Shown here piece after piece: positions 19,991 to 38,100 of a DNA stretch of 64,000 nucleotides. This DNA is from the human T2T-CHM13v2.0 reference genome, Homo sapiens. The position numbers were made by a program, and so were the translations under genes. The stretch is taken from NCBI RefSeq assembly GCF_009914755.1, contig NC_060934.1. One strand, given 5' to 3'. Position 1 is the stretch's first letter, and the number at the start of each line of letters is the position of its first letter. The notes beneath the pieces are model-generated. The model saw only the letters and a list, made by a program, of their open reading frames with translations. It had not been told where the DNA came from and did not search any database.

Positions 19991-20948
19991 AATGAGGGGC
20001 CACCACGGCCAGCCTGGAACCTTCACTCTCCTCTGACTGTAGCAGGTATTTCTTGCCTCTGGGCTTCTGCTGCAACAATGTTCCACAGCTGAATGCTCCC
20101 TAGTGGCAAGTGTACATGAAGCTTGCCTGTTCATCTGGTAGATTACAAACGAAGCTAACAGTTTGTGGCAGTAGGTCAGCGTTCTCTGCCCATCAGTCCA
20201 GGCAAGCTATTTCCTGCCAGCACTGACACCAGCAGGCTCTAAGTGACCGTGCCGCCATCCAGAGTCAGTGTGAAATGGGGACATGGTGACTGGCAAGACC
20301 TGCCTTTATTTCCCAAATTCCTGACCTCCTCTGGTGGAGCCGGACTAGACAAGTGACAGCTCACCAGCAAGCCTGAGGTCAGGCAGCGTTCGGGTGAAGC
20401 GCGGAAGCCCTGTTCCAAACCAGGGCAGGGCCATTCCCTCCAAATCTCCATAGTCTGGGTGGTGGGAGGGAGCATTTGTTGAGCACTTCCCAGGGCACCC
20501 CCATTCCTAACCTTAGACTGCTGTACGCAGGTCAAGCTTGTTTCTTTTGCAAGACAGCAGCCGACTAACCACCCTCCCTTTAAACTCATCCCTCCGCCAG
20601 GGCTGCGGGCAGGCAGAGAGACACCTCCTACTAAAGCTCAAGGGAAGGAGCCCCTAAATCACGCAGGGGGCCCAGAGGACGGCCGCGCATTTCCATGAAG
20701 AGGTGGTGCTTACTGAATCTTGAAAGGCAAGAGGCATGAGCCTAGGAAACAGCACACACAAAGGGGTAATTACAGCAACGGCCACTGAAGGAATCCTTCC
20801 TACGTGCCAAGCCTTGCTCTAAGCTCTTCACAGATACCATGGCTTAAGTTCACTGAATTGTTCACATTTCTTATCTGTTTCCCCTGCTGGAAGGATGTTA
20901 GTTCCTCCAGGGCAGTGACTGTCCCTCCACCTCTATCCCCAGGGCTTA

Positions 20949-21713
<765 letters not shown>

Positions 21714-21882
21714 GATGAAAACAATTTTAGAAAGGAACCTGAGACATGTTGCATCTCTGCCTTTTCCAAAGAATATCTTGAGTTTTTCGCTCTGAGTATC
21801 ATGAAGATATTACATGACATGGGTGGAGTCAGGAAATCTGCGGTCTCACCTCTCTACTGTAGGTCTCACTACTCCAGGACTA

Positions 21883-22789
<907 letters not shown>

Positions 22790-23151
22790 CTAACACCTGG
22801 GGTGGTTTGACCCAGGCCAGTTCCTGTCTAGGCACATTGCAGGGCTCAGAAGCTGCCATGATACTTTTTGGATGAAAGAATCATATAAACTGGGAATACT
22901 ACATATTTCTCCTTGATATTCAAATGGCCTCCCAACTTTGGGAGGGAAGAGCATACAGAAGAAACATTAATGAGAGAATAAAAGGTTTGTGCCTGAATTT
23001 AAGTGTTCAGTGGTCTCTGGGGAGGTGGGAACATTCTCTCTCTACTTGGCAAGGCCATATTCCCTGAAGAGTGGCATTCCCATGGTTCCCACTACTGTTC
23101 AGGTACGTTTCTATGCCCAATAAAGCATAGTTGTTGAAAGTCGTGTGTGTC

Positions 23152-23449
<298 letters not shown>

Positions 23450-23769
23450 CTAGAGGGCATGAGCCTAGGAAACAGCACACGCAAAGGTGTAATTACAGCA
23501 GCGGCCACTGAAGGAATCCTTCCTACGTGCCAAGCCTTGCTCTAAGCACTTCACAGATACCATGGCTTAAATTCACTGAATTGTTCACATTTCTGTCTGT
23601 CTCCCCTGCTGGAAGGATGTTAGTTCCTCCAGGGCAGTGACTATCCCTCCACCTCTATCCCCAGGGCTTACAACAGTGCCTTAGCACATAGAGTGAGATC
23701 AATAGCTATCTGTCCAATGAATCTCTGTTTTCCCTGGGTCTCCAAGTATTCATATACAAGTTTAAATCT

Positions 23770-24427
23770 GGCCGGGTGCGGTGGCTCACGCCTGCAATCC
23801 AAGCACTTTGAGACACCAAGGCGGGTGGATCACTTGAGGTCAGAAGCTCAAGACCAGCCTGGCCAACATGGTGAAACCCCAGCTCTACTAAAAATACAAA
23901 AACTAGCCAGGTGTGGTAGTGGGCACCTGTAATCCCAGCTACTCGGGAGAGTGAGGCAGGAGAATCGCTTGAACCCAAGAGGTGGAGGCTGCAGTGAGCC
24001 GAGATCAGCCACTGCACTCCAGCCTGGGCAACAGAGTGAGACTCGGTCTCAAACAAACAAACAAACAAACAAACAAACAAGAAGTTGCTATTTCGATACC
24101 TTCCATTTGCAACTAAGAAACACATTGGGTGGTAGGCGCAGTGGCTCACGCCTGTAATCCCAGCACTTTGGGAGGCCAAGGCAGGCAGAGCACTTGAGGT
24201 TAGGAGATCAGCCTGGCCAACATGGAAAAACCCCATCTCTATTAAAAATACAAAAATTAGCCGGGCATGGCGGTGCACACCTATAATCCTAGCTATTTGG
24301 GAGGCTGAGGAGGGAGAATCACTTGAGCCTGGGACGGGGAGGTTGCAGTGAGCGGCATCATGCCACTGCACTGCAGCCTGGGCAACAGAGTGAGACTCTT
24401 GACTCAAAAAAAACAAAAACAAAAAAA
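23770..24427 (+). mobile_element. Two Alus (23770-24080 with (CAAA)n tail; 24134-24427)
   Basis: Consensus; TSD aaga(a)acacattggg around the second. Confidence 0.9.
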
Positions 24428-24653
24428 CCTACAAGACACATTGGGCTCCCAGTAGCTGAAAGTTTACCTCTGAATATGTAAAAACTTGAAAACAATTTTA
24501 GAAAGGAACCTGAGACATGTTGCATCTCTGCCTTTTCCAAAGAATATCTTGAGTTTTTCACTCTGAGTATCATGAAGATATTACATGACATGGGTGGAGT
24601 CAGGAAATCTGCGGTCTCACCTCTCTACTGTAGGTCTCACTACTCCAGGACTA

Positions 24654-25572
<919 letters not shown>

Positions 25573-26923
25573 CTATAATGAAGTTACTAATATTTCTGCT
25601 CATTATAAAAATCCTGAAACCATCAATTACTGATTCTACTGTACTGAATGGCATTAACACACCTCTCAGCATGATTCCTTGACTATAAAATGAGTGTTTC
25701 TTCCAATGCGAATCTTCTGTATGCTCTGGGGTTAAGACCATACTGAGCTTCTCCGGTTTTTGCTCTTTTGTGTGTTTGTGCCTGGCTTCTGTTTGGGTTT
25801 TTGTTTTCTCATCACGATCCTTGCTTCGCGCTCTCCTAGCCACTGTGCACTTTCTGCACCCTCCGTCAGGCTGCTTGGTTTTGCACACCTCAGGTCTGCA
25901 GTAGCTGTATGTAAACGCAGAGTGTCCAAGGGCCTGTGAGGCTCCCATAGGGAATTAAGGGGACTGACCTTGAGACAGATCCTGAGGCTGCCGGGATGCC
26001 TTTCCAGCTTATCACTCCCCCAAAAAGAATCAAAGTCTCAAAGGAAGAAGTCTGACAGCCAGATGTGTTAACACCTGCTTACCTCTCCTGATCACAAGGG
26101 GGAAAAAGGAGGCCCAAAAGACTGACAGTTATGAGAATCATAAACATTTCCAAAATTCAGGGGGCTTGTCCTTTCAAACTGAAGATGCAATGTTGTGAAG
26201 AATCTAATTTGGCCCACTTTCTGGTTCCCCAACATATTACACCTGCTAGTGACTTTATTCTTTCTAGATGAAAGGTGAATAAAGGTAAATCATCACCATG
26301 CACCTGATTTTCACATTGTCTGCCTTGTGTATGACATGAAATTTAAAGGGTGAATTTAGAATGATCCTGGCTCCCTGTAATAAATAATCTGACACCTAGA
26401 AATAATATAAAAATGATAAACTTGTAAACCCAACAAAAGGACAGTGAGTAACAGTACACAAGTCAGTGATGAAGATGGTGATAAGGGCTGGATGATAAAC
26501 TTCCGGTAAGTGAGATCTGGAAGGTTCTTTCTTTAATAAATCCTTGTTTTTTTCCAAATGATAAGAACTCTCAGCTCAATTTTTGAAATTTTAGCAATGG
26601 TGATTACAGTAACTCCGTTTGGAGTGTGTAAATCAGCCTTAAAATTAACACCTGGCAAGAGATGACCAAGAGTGGTTCCTGCTGTTCCTTTGTGAGTTAC
26701 CTGCTTTGCAGAGGCTCTGCCCACATAAATCACAAACACTGCCCCAGGCTGAACCACGCTGTACCATTTCCCATCTTCATCAGTATTTGGCCTCTTCTAA
26801 AAATGTGCATTCTATTGGTCTGTGTAGGCTACTTTTTTTTTCATTAGCCCCAAAGGTACATTAACTCCGGCACCTAAGAAAAGTCATGCAGAGATGGAAT
26901 CCTTAAGGTGAACACAACACTAG

Positions 26924-27233
<310 letters not shown>

Positions 27234-27350
27234 GAGAATGTATTTTTAAAGCACAAAGATGACGCTGGGAGATACCAATTTACCCGTTCAATCGGTTTCC
27301 AAAACCCAAACCCAACAAAACAACACCACGCCAAATCTAAATTACAACAC

Positions 27351-27356
27351 TTTATT
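27351..27356 (-). terminator. Distal polyadenylation signal AATAAA of UPF2
   Basis: tttatt on +; downstream on minus GTGGTGTTGTTTTGTTGGGTTTGGG (CstF-type element); upstream UGUA motifs. Confidence 0.85.
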
Positions 27357-27444
27357 GCAGCATCGGCAAAGGTCAGATTTCTGAAGCTGGTGAAGATTGG
27401 GCAGCATTTCCATGTGAAATGTTACAACTTTACAAGTTTTGTTT

Positions 27445-27450
27445 TTTATT
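27445..27450 (-). terminator. Possible proximal AATAAA ~95 nt upstream of the distal signal
   Basis: tttatt on +; weaker downstream element. Confidence 0.4.
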
Positions 27451-28612
27451 TAAATCTACATGCAGAAACTGAAACATGGTAAAAGAAAAAATGCAAAATA
27501 GCTAGAAAAAAAGATGTAATCAAGTTGTCGCATACAGATGTGCTCTCCGACTAAATATACTACGCCTGCTGGAAAGCAAACCAAAGACAGCTGTCCTAAG
27601 AAATTAACAGATTGTCAGAAACAGACTAAGGACCCTCATTTCTATTTAGTGGGGGAAAACAAAAAAAAAACAAAACAAAAACAAAAGCAAAATAAAAGCT
27701 CTACTTGTTTCCATACTTTGTTTAGAGACAGAGGCTGTAAACCCATGAAGGTCAACAAAATATTCTCATCCACTTCTTGTTGTCCTTCGTTCGTTTTCTG
27801 TGACATGTTGACGGGCATGTTTTGTTTTCAATGATACTTACAATGGGCTCACCTAGATCCCTGTTCTTGGGCTGGTATCACTTTTCTAAGCCATCTGAAT
27901 TAATGCTCTCTGTATAGTAAAATAGTCTCCACATTTTTCTTTTACCTTAATAGGCAATTTTATAGCACTGACTCTGATGGATAAAACGGATTTTTCTCCC
28001 TCATCCCTTGTTCCTCTTGAAACAAATTCCTAAACAAAAGCCTTCCTGGTGGATTATCTGGTATTTGGATATCTTTCATCATTTTGTTGTCCTGCATGTA
28101 AGTTTTACTAGAAGATTTTCCTGCTTGCTCTATACTTTTCTACTGTAGTCCTGGAGCCCCCAAATGTATCTTCTTCCAACGTGGGATGTTCAATTCAGAG
28201 ACACTGAAACTCAAATCAAGTTTAAAGCTCAAGTTCATTTCCCCCACACCATTACCATCACAACCCGTTTCTTCTCTGGCTCAATCATCTCCTTCACGCT
28301 CTCCTTGGTGTAACTGCTCAGTAGTCAAGTGAACCATCTCATTTCTTGACTGCCATTCTCAAGAGAAGATTAACCCTCGCGAGATTTCCATTACAAAAGG
28401 CCTTTTCCGCCTTGTCTGGAAGCGTCGGCTTGTTCCGGTGTTGGCAGAGGCTGGTGTTTCTGCCTCCTGGCCCCAGCCTGTCCCAGGTTTAGATTCGCAA
28501 CTCTCTAGACCGACCTGCTGAGATGTGTCCACTGCTCTCATTCAATTGCTGGAGGACTCCACTAACCACAACATCAGATACAGGACCTAATGAAATGACA
28601 CGTGCTGCTGGA

Positions 28613-28622
28613 TCAACGTCTC
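28613..28622 (-). CDS. UPF2: UPF2 last exon, coding part (G AGA CGT TGA = RRR*)
   Basis: gttcctttag|GAGACGTTGA completes the known C-terminus KTGGRRR; spliced CDS in window = 1449 nt, divisible by 3. Confidence 0.93.
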
Positions 28623-28731
28623 CTAAAGGAACAAACAGGGTCACATCAGAGAGCTTACTGCCACAGGACAAAGTCCAGCAAGATGGCGTCTGCAACGCTA
28701 CCCACCACCACCAAGTCACTCCCCCAAGTTA

Positions 28732-29032
28732 CAGGTGGCCCTGGCATCTGCGGGTTCCACATCCATGGACCAAAAATATTCGGGGGAAAAAAACCCAAAC
28801 AATAAAAAATAACATAAATATTAAAAACAATACAGTATATCAACTATCTCCATAGCATCTACACTTTATTAGGTATTACAAGTAATGTAGAGATGATGTA
28901 AAGTACACGGGAGGATGTGCATATGTTATACATAAATGCTACACCATTTTTTACCAGGGACTTGAATGTCTGTGCATTTTGGTGTCTGAGGGGATCCAGG
29001 AAGCAACCCCCTGTGGATACCGAGGACAACTG
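28732..29032 (-). mobile_element. MER2 (TcMar-Tigger MITE)
   Basis: Reverse of cagt..tcctcggtatcc...ggg..ttgcttcc..gatcccc; TA flanks. Confidence 0.8.
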
Positions 29033-29158
29033 TAGTGCTTTTTTGAGAGCATTCATGCTCTCTACTGAGCTACAACTTAACCAGAGCCATTGGAGCAATG
29101 GCTGGAGGAGTGGCTCTGTTCTCTTCTACAACTTAAGGTGCTAAGAATTCACAGTTTG

Positions 29159-29617
29159 TGTTATGGTTCAGTTGTGTATCCCCAAAATTCACATGTTAAC
29201 ACTGAACTGCAGGACCTCAGAATGTGACCGTATTTGGAAACAAGGTTGCTGTAGACGTAATTACTTCAGATAAGGCCATACTGGAGCAGGGTGGAGCCCT
29301 AATCCCATATGACTGCATCTCTATAAAAAGGGAAATTTGCACACAGACACACACAGGGGGAAAAGGCCACGTGAAGACAAAGGCGGAGACCAGGGTGAGG
29401 TATGACAAGGTATGGAAGCCAAAGACTGCCGGCACCCCCAGCAGTAGAAGGCAGGCCTGGAGCAGTCTTCCTCCAGGCCTCAGAAGGAACCAGCCCCGCT
29501 GACTCCCTGACCTCAGGTTTCCTGCCGGCGGCCTCCAGTGCTGCGAGACAACAGACATCTGTCGTTTAAGCTACTAGGGCTGTAATATTTTGTCATGGCA
29601 GCCCAAGCAGATGAACA
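29159..29617 (+). mobile_element. MLT1 (MaLR) solo LTR
   Basis: TG...CA ends, perfect 5-bp TSD gtttg, motif cctcagaatgtgaccgtatttggaaa. Confidence 0.88.
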
Positions 29618-30137
29618 GTTTGTTTCTTACAGAGCAAGCTACCTTAGCAAGAAACTTTCAAAGCGTTAAGATGCAAATATGGAAAAGTATATCCTCAGCT
29701 GGATAAGATCCGTAACTCTTCCAGAAATGAACTGATGGAAAGAACACAAGTATTCCCTGAGGGAATGAAAGAGAAGATTCAAGCATCTCTCCTGAAGTCA
29801 AGAAAAGGCAGCTATCTAACCTAGAATACTTTAAATAAATGCAGTAAATGACAGGAAAAAAATGTTCAAAATCTTTGCTAAGTAAGGTATAGTTATATCA
29901 CTAGTTATAGTGTAAGGTGTCATTTGACTGGTTTATAAGCAAACAATCATTCTGAGTGACTCAAAAATCTATCAGCTCAAAAACTGTTTATTAATACAAT
30001 ATACACTTTGGATTAAATGCAATTCTACAATGGACTCTATTGTATAACAAAACTATCACTAATTTAACCTTACATAAAGATATATAAAAAAAAAATCTGA
30101 TGAAAAAATGCAGACTCTACTTAAGATAGGTTTACAA

Positions 30138-30368
30138 GAGTTCAATATCAGCCTGGGCAACATAGTGAGACCTCGACTCCACTAAAAATAAAAAAAATTA
30201 GCCATTTGTAGTGGTGTGTGCCTATAGTCCCAGATACTGAGAGGCTGAGGCAGGACTGCTTGAGCCCAGGAGGTCGAGGCTGCGGTGACCTGTGATCACG
30301 CCACTGTACTCCAGCCTGGGTGACAGAGCAAGAACCTGTCTCAAAAACAAAATAAAACAACAACAAAA
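30138..30368 (+). mobile_element. 5'-truncated AluJ
   Basis: Consensus. Confidence 0.85.
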
Positions 30369-30489
30369 TCATTTTTAAAAAGATGGGTTTAAAAGTCAGA
30401 TAGTATACTCCTATGCCGCTAAGTGTAGGCCACACACCAGCAGTTTTGACATCACTGGAGATCTTGTTTAAAAGTAACCAGAGCTTGTT

Positions 30490-31250
<761 letters not shown>

Positions 31251-31604
31251 CTAGAGAGTTAATACGTATTTTAAAGTTTGAGAAGCATTGAAATAACCCA
31301 TATGAATTAGTACCATCTAAGCCACGTAAGTATTAACACTTGCCAAAAATGTTAAGTTTCACAGATTTTCAATACTAGTGTATTAGAAAAACAACCTTGT
31401 TCTGCAATACAGAAAACCCTACATAATAGTTTTACTTACAGCACTGCTGCCGTTTCAACTCATTGTAAGCAAATGCCTCTTATTTGTTAAAGGGCTGAAA
31501 TTTTAATTTATGTCCTTATTTCAAGGATCTCCTGGTTAGAAAATATACAAATACAAATTAAAATCTGGGAGTCCATCAAAAGCTACAGGAGAAAAATAGT
31601 TTAT

Positions 31605-32425
31605 GCCGGGCGTGGTGGCTGACACCTATAATCCCAGCACTTTGGGAGGTCCAGGCAGGCAGATCACCTGAGGTCAGGAGTTCAAGACCAGCCTGGCCAA
31701 CATGGCGAAACCATGTCTCTATTAAAAATACAAAAATTAGTCAAGAGTGGTGGACTGCATACCTGTAATCCCAGCCACTCGGGAGGCTAACAGAAGAATC
31801 ACTTGAACCCAGGAGGTGGAGGGTGCACTGAACTGAGATTGTGTCACTGCACTCCAGCCTGGGTAACAGAGCAACATGTCGTCTCAAAAAAAAAAAATCT
31901 TTTTTTTAAACTACTTTTTTTTTTGAGACAGGGTCTGGCTCTGTCGCCCAACCTGGAGTGCAGTGGTGTGATCTGGCAGTCTCTGCCTCCTGGGCTCAAG
32001 CGATCCTTCCACCTCGACCTCCCAAAGTGCTGAGATTACAGGCGTGAGCCACTGCTCCTAGACCTAAACTACTTTATAATCAGTTTCCAAATAAATTTCC
32101 CTTTATCTGCTGTATAACATTACTAATATTAATAACTGATTTTTTTTAATAGAGTTTCGCTCTTGTTGCCCAGGCTGGAGTGCAATGGCGCAATCTTGGC
32201 TCACTGCAACCTCACCTCCCAGGTTCGAGTGATTCTCCTGCCTCAGACTCCCGAGTAGCTGGGATTATAGGTGCCCGCCACCATGACCGGCTAATTTTTC
32301 TAATTTTAGTAGAGACGGGGTTTCACCATGTTGGTCAGGCTGGTCTCGAACTCCTGACCTCAGGTGATCTGCCTTCCTCGGCCCCCCAAAGTGCTGGGAT
32401 ACAGGTATGAGCCATCACAACCAGC
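31605..32425. mobile_element. Alu cluster: + 31605-31897, - 31915-32062, - 32140-32425
   Basis: Consensus matches, tail-to-tail inverted arrangement. Confidence 0.9.
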
Positions 32426-32769
32426 CTTAAAATGTAAATTTTAAAAAAGGCAAAGAACATCTGGTCCTCTAAAGGGTAAAATCTCATGTTTCCATGTTTG
32501 TTCATCTACCATGTTTATCGCACCTATACTTTAGGAGCATTGACTATAAAAATTCCATTCGTGATACTTTACAAAGTGCTATTCTTAAGACTGATGGACA
32601 AGTTAGGTTTTCTTTTTTTAAGGTGCTATTTTAAGAAAAGATCTTAAAACAGGTTGAGTGGCTAGCTCAAAAGCTAGGACTCTTACAAAAAAGAAAAACA
32701 GAGGGAAGAGCTAGGGAGCAGAACTGGAATGAGAACGTTTATTCAGTGACTGAACACAGACTGTGAAAA

Positions 32770-34050
32770 GTTCTTTTGTCCATTCACCAAATATTTACTG
32801 AGCACCTACTAGGTGCCAGGCACCAAGAGCTGTGAAGGAGACAGAATGGAAACAACATGAGACTTGGTCCCAGCCCTCATCGCCTGTAATCTCATGGGGA
32901 ATAGAGACAAGCTAAGCGGCACTTAAGGAGGACAAGGTCTGCAGAAATACCATAAGTCATGGCAGCAGATCTGCACTGACCTATGTCAGACTCAGGAACA
33001 CCAAGGCAGGACCCGAAGGAGCAGGAGTTCTCCAGGGGAACAGCTGGAGACTGTTCCACACAGAGGAGGCAAAAAGAACACAGAACTAAAGGTCAGCTAG
33101 GCTGCAGCAGGAGAAAGAACAGCAGGAGATGAAGCCAGTAATGTATGTCCACCTGCACCACAGGGCCTTGGGAACCAAGTTGAGGAGTTTAGACTTTTTA
33201 TCCTACAAGCCACGAGGAGCCATTGGATGATTTTAAGCAGAAGGGCACACACAGATATCAAATTTGTGTTTTAGAAAGAACACTGGGTCTATAGCGGGAG
33301 AATGAATTGGAAAGGGTTGAAGGTTGAGACGGAGAGGCTGATGAGGAGGCTGAGGCAGCAACAGCAATCCAGGCAAGAGGTGATGGTGGCTTGACCCATG
33401 GTCTTGGCTATGGGCAGAGAATAGAAAAGGCAAGAGTGAGGGCCATTTGGGAGCAGAATGCAGAGGATTTGCTAATGAACTACATTTAGGGATTGAGGGA
33501 GGAGGAGCTGTCAATAACACAACTTCCTTTTCTTTTGTGGACAAGGGGGCAGACAACGCTTCCTCTCCCTGCACTGGAGACCCTGGGGAAGAGGAGTCTG
33601 GGGCAGGGGCACGAGTCTTCCATCTCTGAGTCACAGTGGGGTGGAAAGTCAGAAATGAAAATGTGAGATCTGGGCTGGAGACCTGGATGGAAGTCAGGCC
33701 ACTGGGAGGGATGACACCTCCTTTGAGAGTGCAGAAGGAGAAGAGGGCCCAGGCTGAGCCCAAGGAACACAGACATCCCTAGGCAGGGAAGCGCAGAAAG
33801 GAGGCAGTGTCAGCAGCAGGAGCCACAGTGATCGCGGGAAGGGAAAACCCAGAAGCCAGCAGAATCACAGATGCCAAGGAAGGGTCTGTTGGGAGAACAA
33901 GGAGGGCCTACAATGCAAAGTGCTGCTGAGATGAGGCCAAGAGATGGCAGGTGGGGATGCCAGTGATGGCAGAAGCTGCCTAGACCTAGGGACTGAGAAG
34001 GTGACAGGAGTCAATAATGAACCTCTCTTTTCTAGCATAGCCACTGGGGT
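32770..34050 (-). mobile_element. L2 element remnant
   Basis: cattcaccaaatatttactgagcacctactaggtgccaggcac (L2 3' end) followed by purine-rich L2 body. Confidence 0.7.
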
Positions 34051-34245
34051 GGGCAATGCCTCCCACTGCCAGCTGTGACTTGGCAGGGGTAAGCCACCCA
34101 AGTGGGAGCAAGGAAGAAGGGGCAAGTGTAGCCGATTCTTCCAAGGAGGAATTGGAGGGAGGAAGGGAAAACAGAAAGTGAAGGAACTCTGCAAAGTGAC
34201 TAACACCGGTAACCAGGTTAAGAAAGGCTTACCTCTGTTCACACG

Positions 34246-34297
34246 CACGTCGATGACAGCACACACATGCTCACGTCGATGACAGCACACACATGCT
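34246..34297 (+). repeat. Perfect 26-bp tandem duplication cacgtcgatgacagcacacacatgct x2
   Basis: Read directly. Confidence 0.95.
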
Positions 34298-34666
34298 TAC
34301 ATATCTCCTGCCTGGTCCTTAACAGACTCTCACCCAAGGTTTTTGAAACAGACAAATGAAGAGGGTGGAATTATCTTTCAAGTACCCATACTCGGCTTCC
34401 CTACTGGACCACAACCGTGCAGGTAAAGACCCTGTCTTGTACTCCATCTTCCACAGTGCAGTCCTGGATGAGTGTACACGGAGGGAGGCAAATCCTACTG
34501 GATGCCCCTTATGTCATCCAACTCCATAGTGAGTCTACACAAATTACTAAGACACTATACTTGCGATACATGAATTGTGAGGGGGTTAGGGATTAATAAA
34601 AACGTGCTATTCAGAGACGTTAGGCTGCAATATGAACAGGTGAAGATGATGGAAAACATCAAGATA

Positions 34667-34747
34667 TTATGCTGGTGCAAAAGTAATTGCAGTTTTTCCC
34701 ATTACTTTTATTGGCAAAAACCGCATTACTTTTTACCAACCGAAATA
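34667..34747. mobile_element. MADE1 (Hsmar1-derived ~80-bp palindromic MITE)
   Basis: tggtgcaaaagtaattgcagttttt...aaaaaccgcattactttttacca inverted arms. Confidence 0.85.
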
Positions 34748-35409
34748 CAAATATTCTAACAGTTTTGGTCTCTGATGATGAGACAGGAGGGAATAGATGT
34801 TATCAAGAACACTGTGGCATATATTTAAAGCTACTCTAAGAAAATGCAAAAGCAGGAAATGAACATTTTTCATTGCCTGTTAACCTAGCTAGTGTCCACA
34901 TTTTAGCAGCAATAAAACAGGCTTAATTAAAGGACTTTAATAAAGTTTGGATAATTAAAAATAACCTAATATCTTATTGTGCCTAATTAGATGGGTTTAC
35001 AGGTCATTTCCAACTTGGATTTTTTTTTTAAATTATACTCAACAGATGCTAAAGAACAGATCTCTAAACTGTCTTGACAAGCCAGTTTTCTACATTACAA
35101 TTTGATTAGAGTTATCTGAGCAAATAGTTCAAAGATGCCACCAGAACACATGAATATGTTCAGTGATGTCCAGTGAGTAACAGACACAGGCTCTGATGAC
35201 TACATTTTCCCCCATGCTACCCTCCTGAATCATGATCTAATTCTGCCAGCCCCAGCACACTCCCCATCTACACCTGCTCCCCTGCTCCCAACAACAAAGT
35301 GACATCTTGGGCTGTTGTAGAGCCTCGGTTTAAACACTAATCCACTAAGTGAGATCAGTAAGGGCAGCAGAAGCCACTGTCCCTTTAACTTAACCGCAAG
35401 ACAAAATTA

Positions 35410-36980
<1,571 letters not shown>

Positions 36981-37175
36981 GAACAGCCATACTATGGTAT
37001 AAAGCAGGTTTTTCCCCCTCAAATATCTACTTTTCTATTTTGCTAAAATATCAAAGACTTTTCTATTTTGCTAAAAATCGGGCCTTTGCCAAAAACTATA
37101 ATCCAGAATTCCCTAATTTATTCTTATGGACATCATGGAAACAAACAGCTAAGGAAGGAGTAATGACTGCTTTAC

Positions 37176-37296
37176 CTCCCACCAGTCTTAAAGATTAGAT
37201 CTGCATTAGGTGCTCCCTTCGGATGTTGGTAGCGAGGCCGCCTCTCACGATTGGTGTTTGCTGGAGCTGGGCGCTGTGCAAGAGACTGCAACATTT
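37176..37296 (-). CDS. UPF2: UPF2 penultimate exon, EMLQSLAQRP...IFKTGG(R)
   Basis: ttacag|AA ... GGGAG|gtaaag; 121 nt, phase 1-2. Confidence 0.96.
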
Positions 37297-37559
37297 CTGT
37301 AATTAGGAGCAAAAAAAGAGAATGCTGTTAACTCTTAGAAATGTACTCCTCCTACAGAGTGAACGAAATGTTGGGGAGATTAAGTTTATTAGTCCTGTCA
37401 GGGAGCTGACTAAAGAAAAATAGCCATTATACAGACTAAAATGATTAAGAAGTTTTAAAAGAGCATTATCAAGAGAGGAGACTCTTTTAATACCCAATGT
37501 TCCCTTTACTATGAATCTAGCCACCACATAGCTATCTTATGAGGCAGTAGAAAAGCCTA

Positions 37560-37790
37560 AGAGGCAGTGCATTGCAATAGCTAAGAGCATCGTGTGTAGA
37601 GCGAGACTACTGGTTAATATCCCAGCTCTGTCACTTTCTAGCTGTGAGACTTTAGGTTCAATTTCCCTCAATGTAAAATGCAGATAACAACAACACTTAT
37701 CTCAAAGAATTGTTATGAGGATTATATGCTTTGAAAAAGTACATAAAACAGTGTCTGGCCAAAGAGTAAGCACCCAGTGTTAGCTATTAT
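37560..37790. mobile_element. MIR
   Basis: cccagctctgtcactttctagctgtgagacttt...aatgtaaaatgcagataac. Confidence 0.7.
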
Positions 37791-37806
37791 CATTAAGAAT
37801 GTTGGA

Positions 37807-38100
37807 GCCGGGTGTGGCGGCTCATGTCTGTAACCCTACCACTTTGGGATGCAGAGGCGGGAGGACTGCTCAAGCTCAGGAGTTCAAGATGAGCTTGGGC
37901 AACATAGCAAGATCCCCTCTCTACAAAAAATTAAAAATTAGCCAGGTATGGTGGCACATGTCTGTAATCTTAGCTACTTGGGGGCTGAGGCAGAGGCAGA
38001 AGGATCACTTGAGCCCAGGAGTTTGAGGCTGCAGTGATTGCGCCACTGCACTCCATCCAGCCTGGGTGACAGAGGAAGGCTCTTAAAACAAACAAAAACA
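37807..38100 (+). mobile_element. AluJ
   Basis: Diverged consensus. Confidence 0.87.

Larger units (their letters stand above)
27335..28612 (-). other. UPF2: UPF2 3' UTR (~1.27 kb; cleavage position approximate)
   Basis: Follows TGA in the last exon, no obvious repeats, ends at AATAAA followed by a GU/U-rich tract. Confidence 0.85.

Noticed and set aside
23706-24422. 238-aa ORF and many similar 60-180 aa ORFs (…[11 protein letters not shown]…, …[10 protein letters not shown]…)
   Set aside because: Translations of Alu consensus sequence
28674-28690. YY1/CTCF-like motif CAAGATGGCGTC near the last UPF2 acceptor
   Set aside because: A single short motif match is expected by chance in 64 kb without binding data
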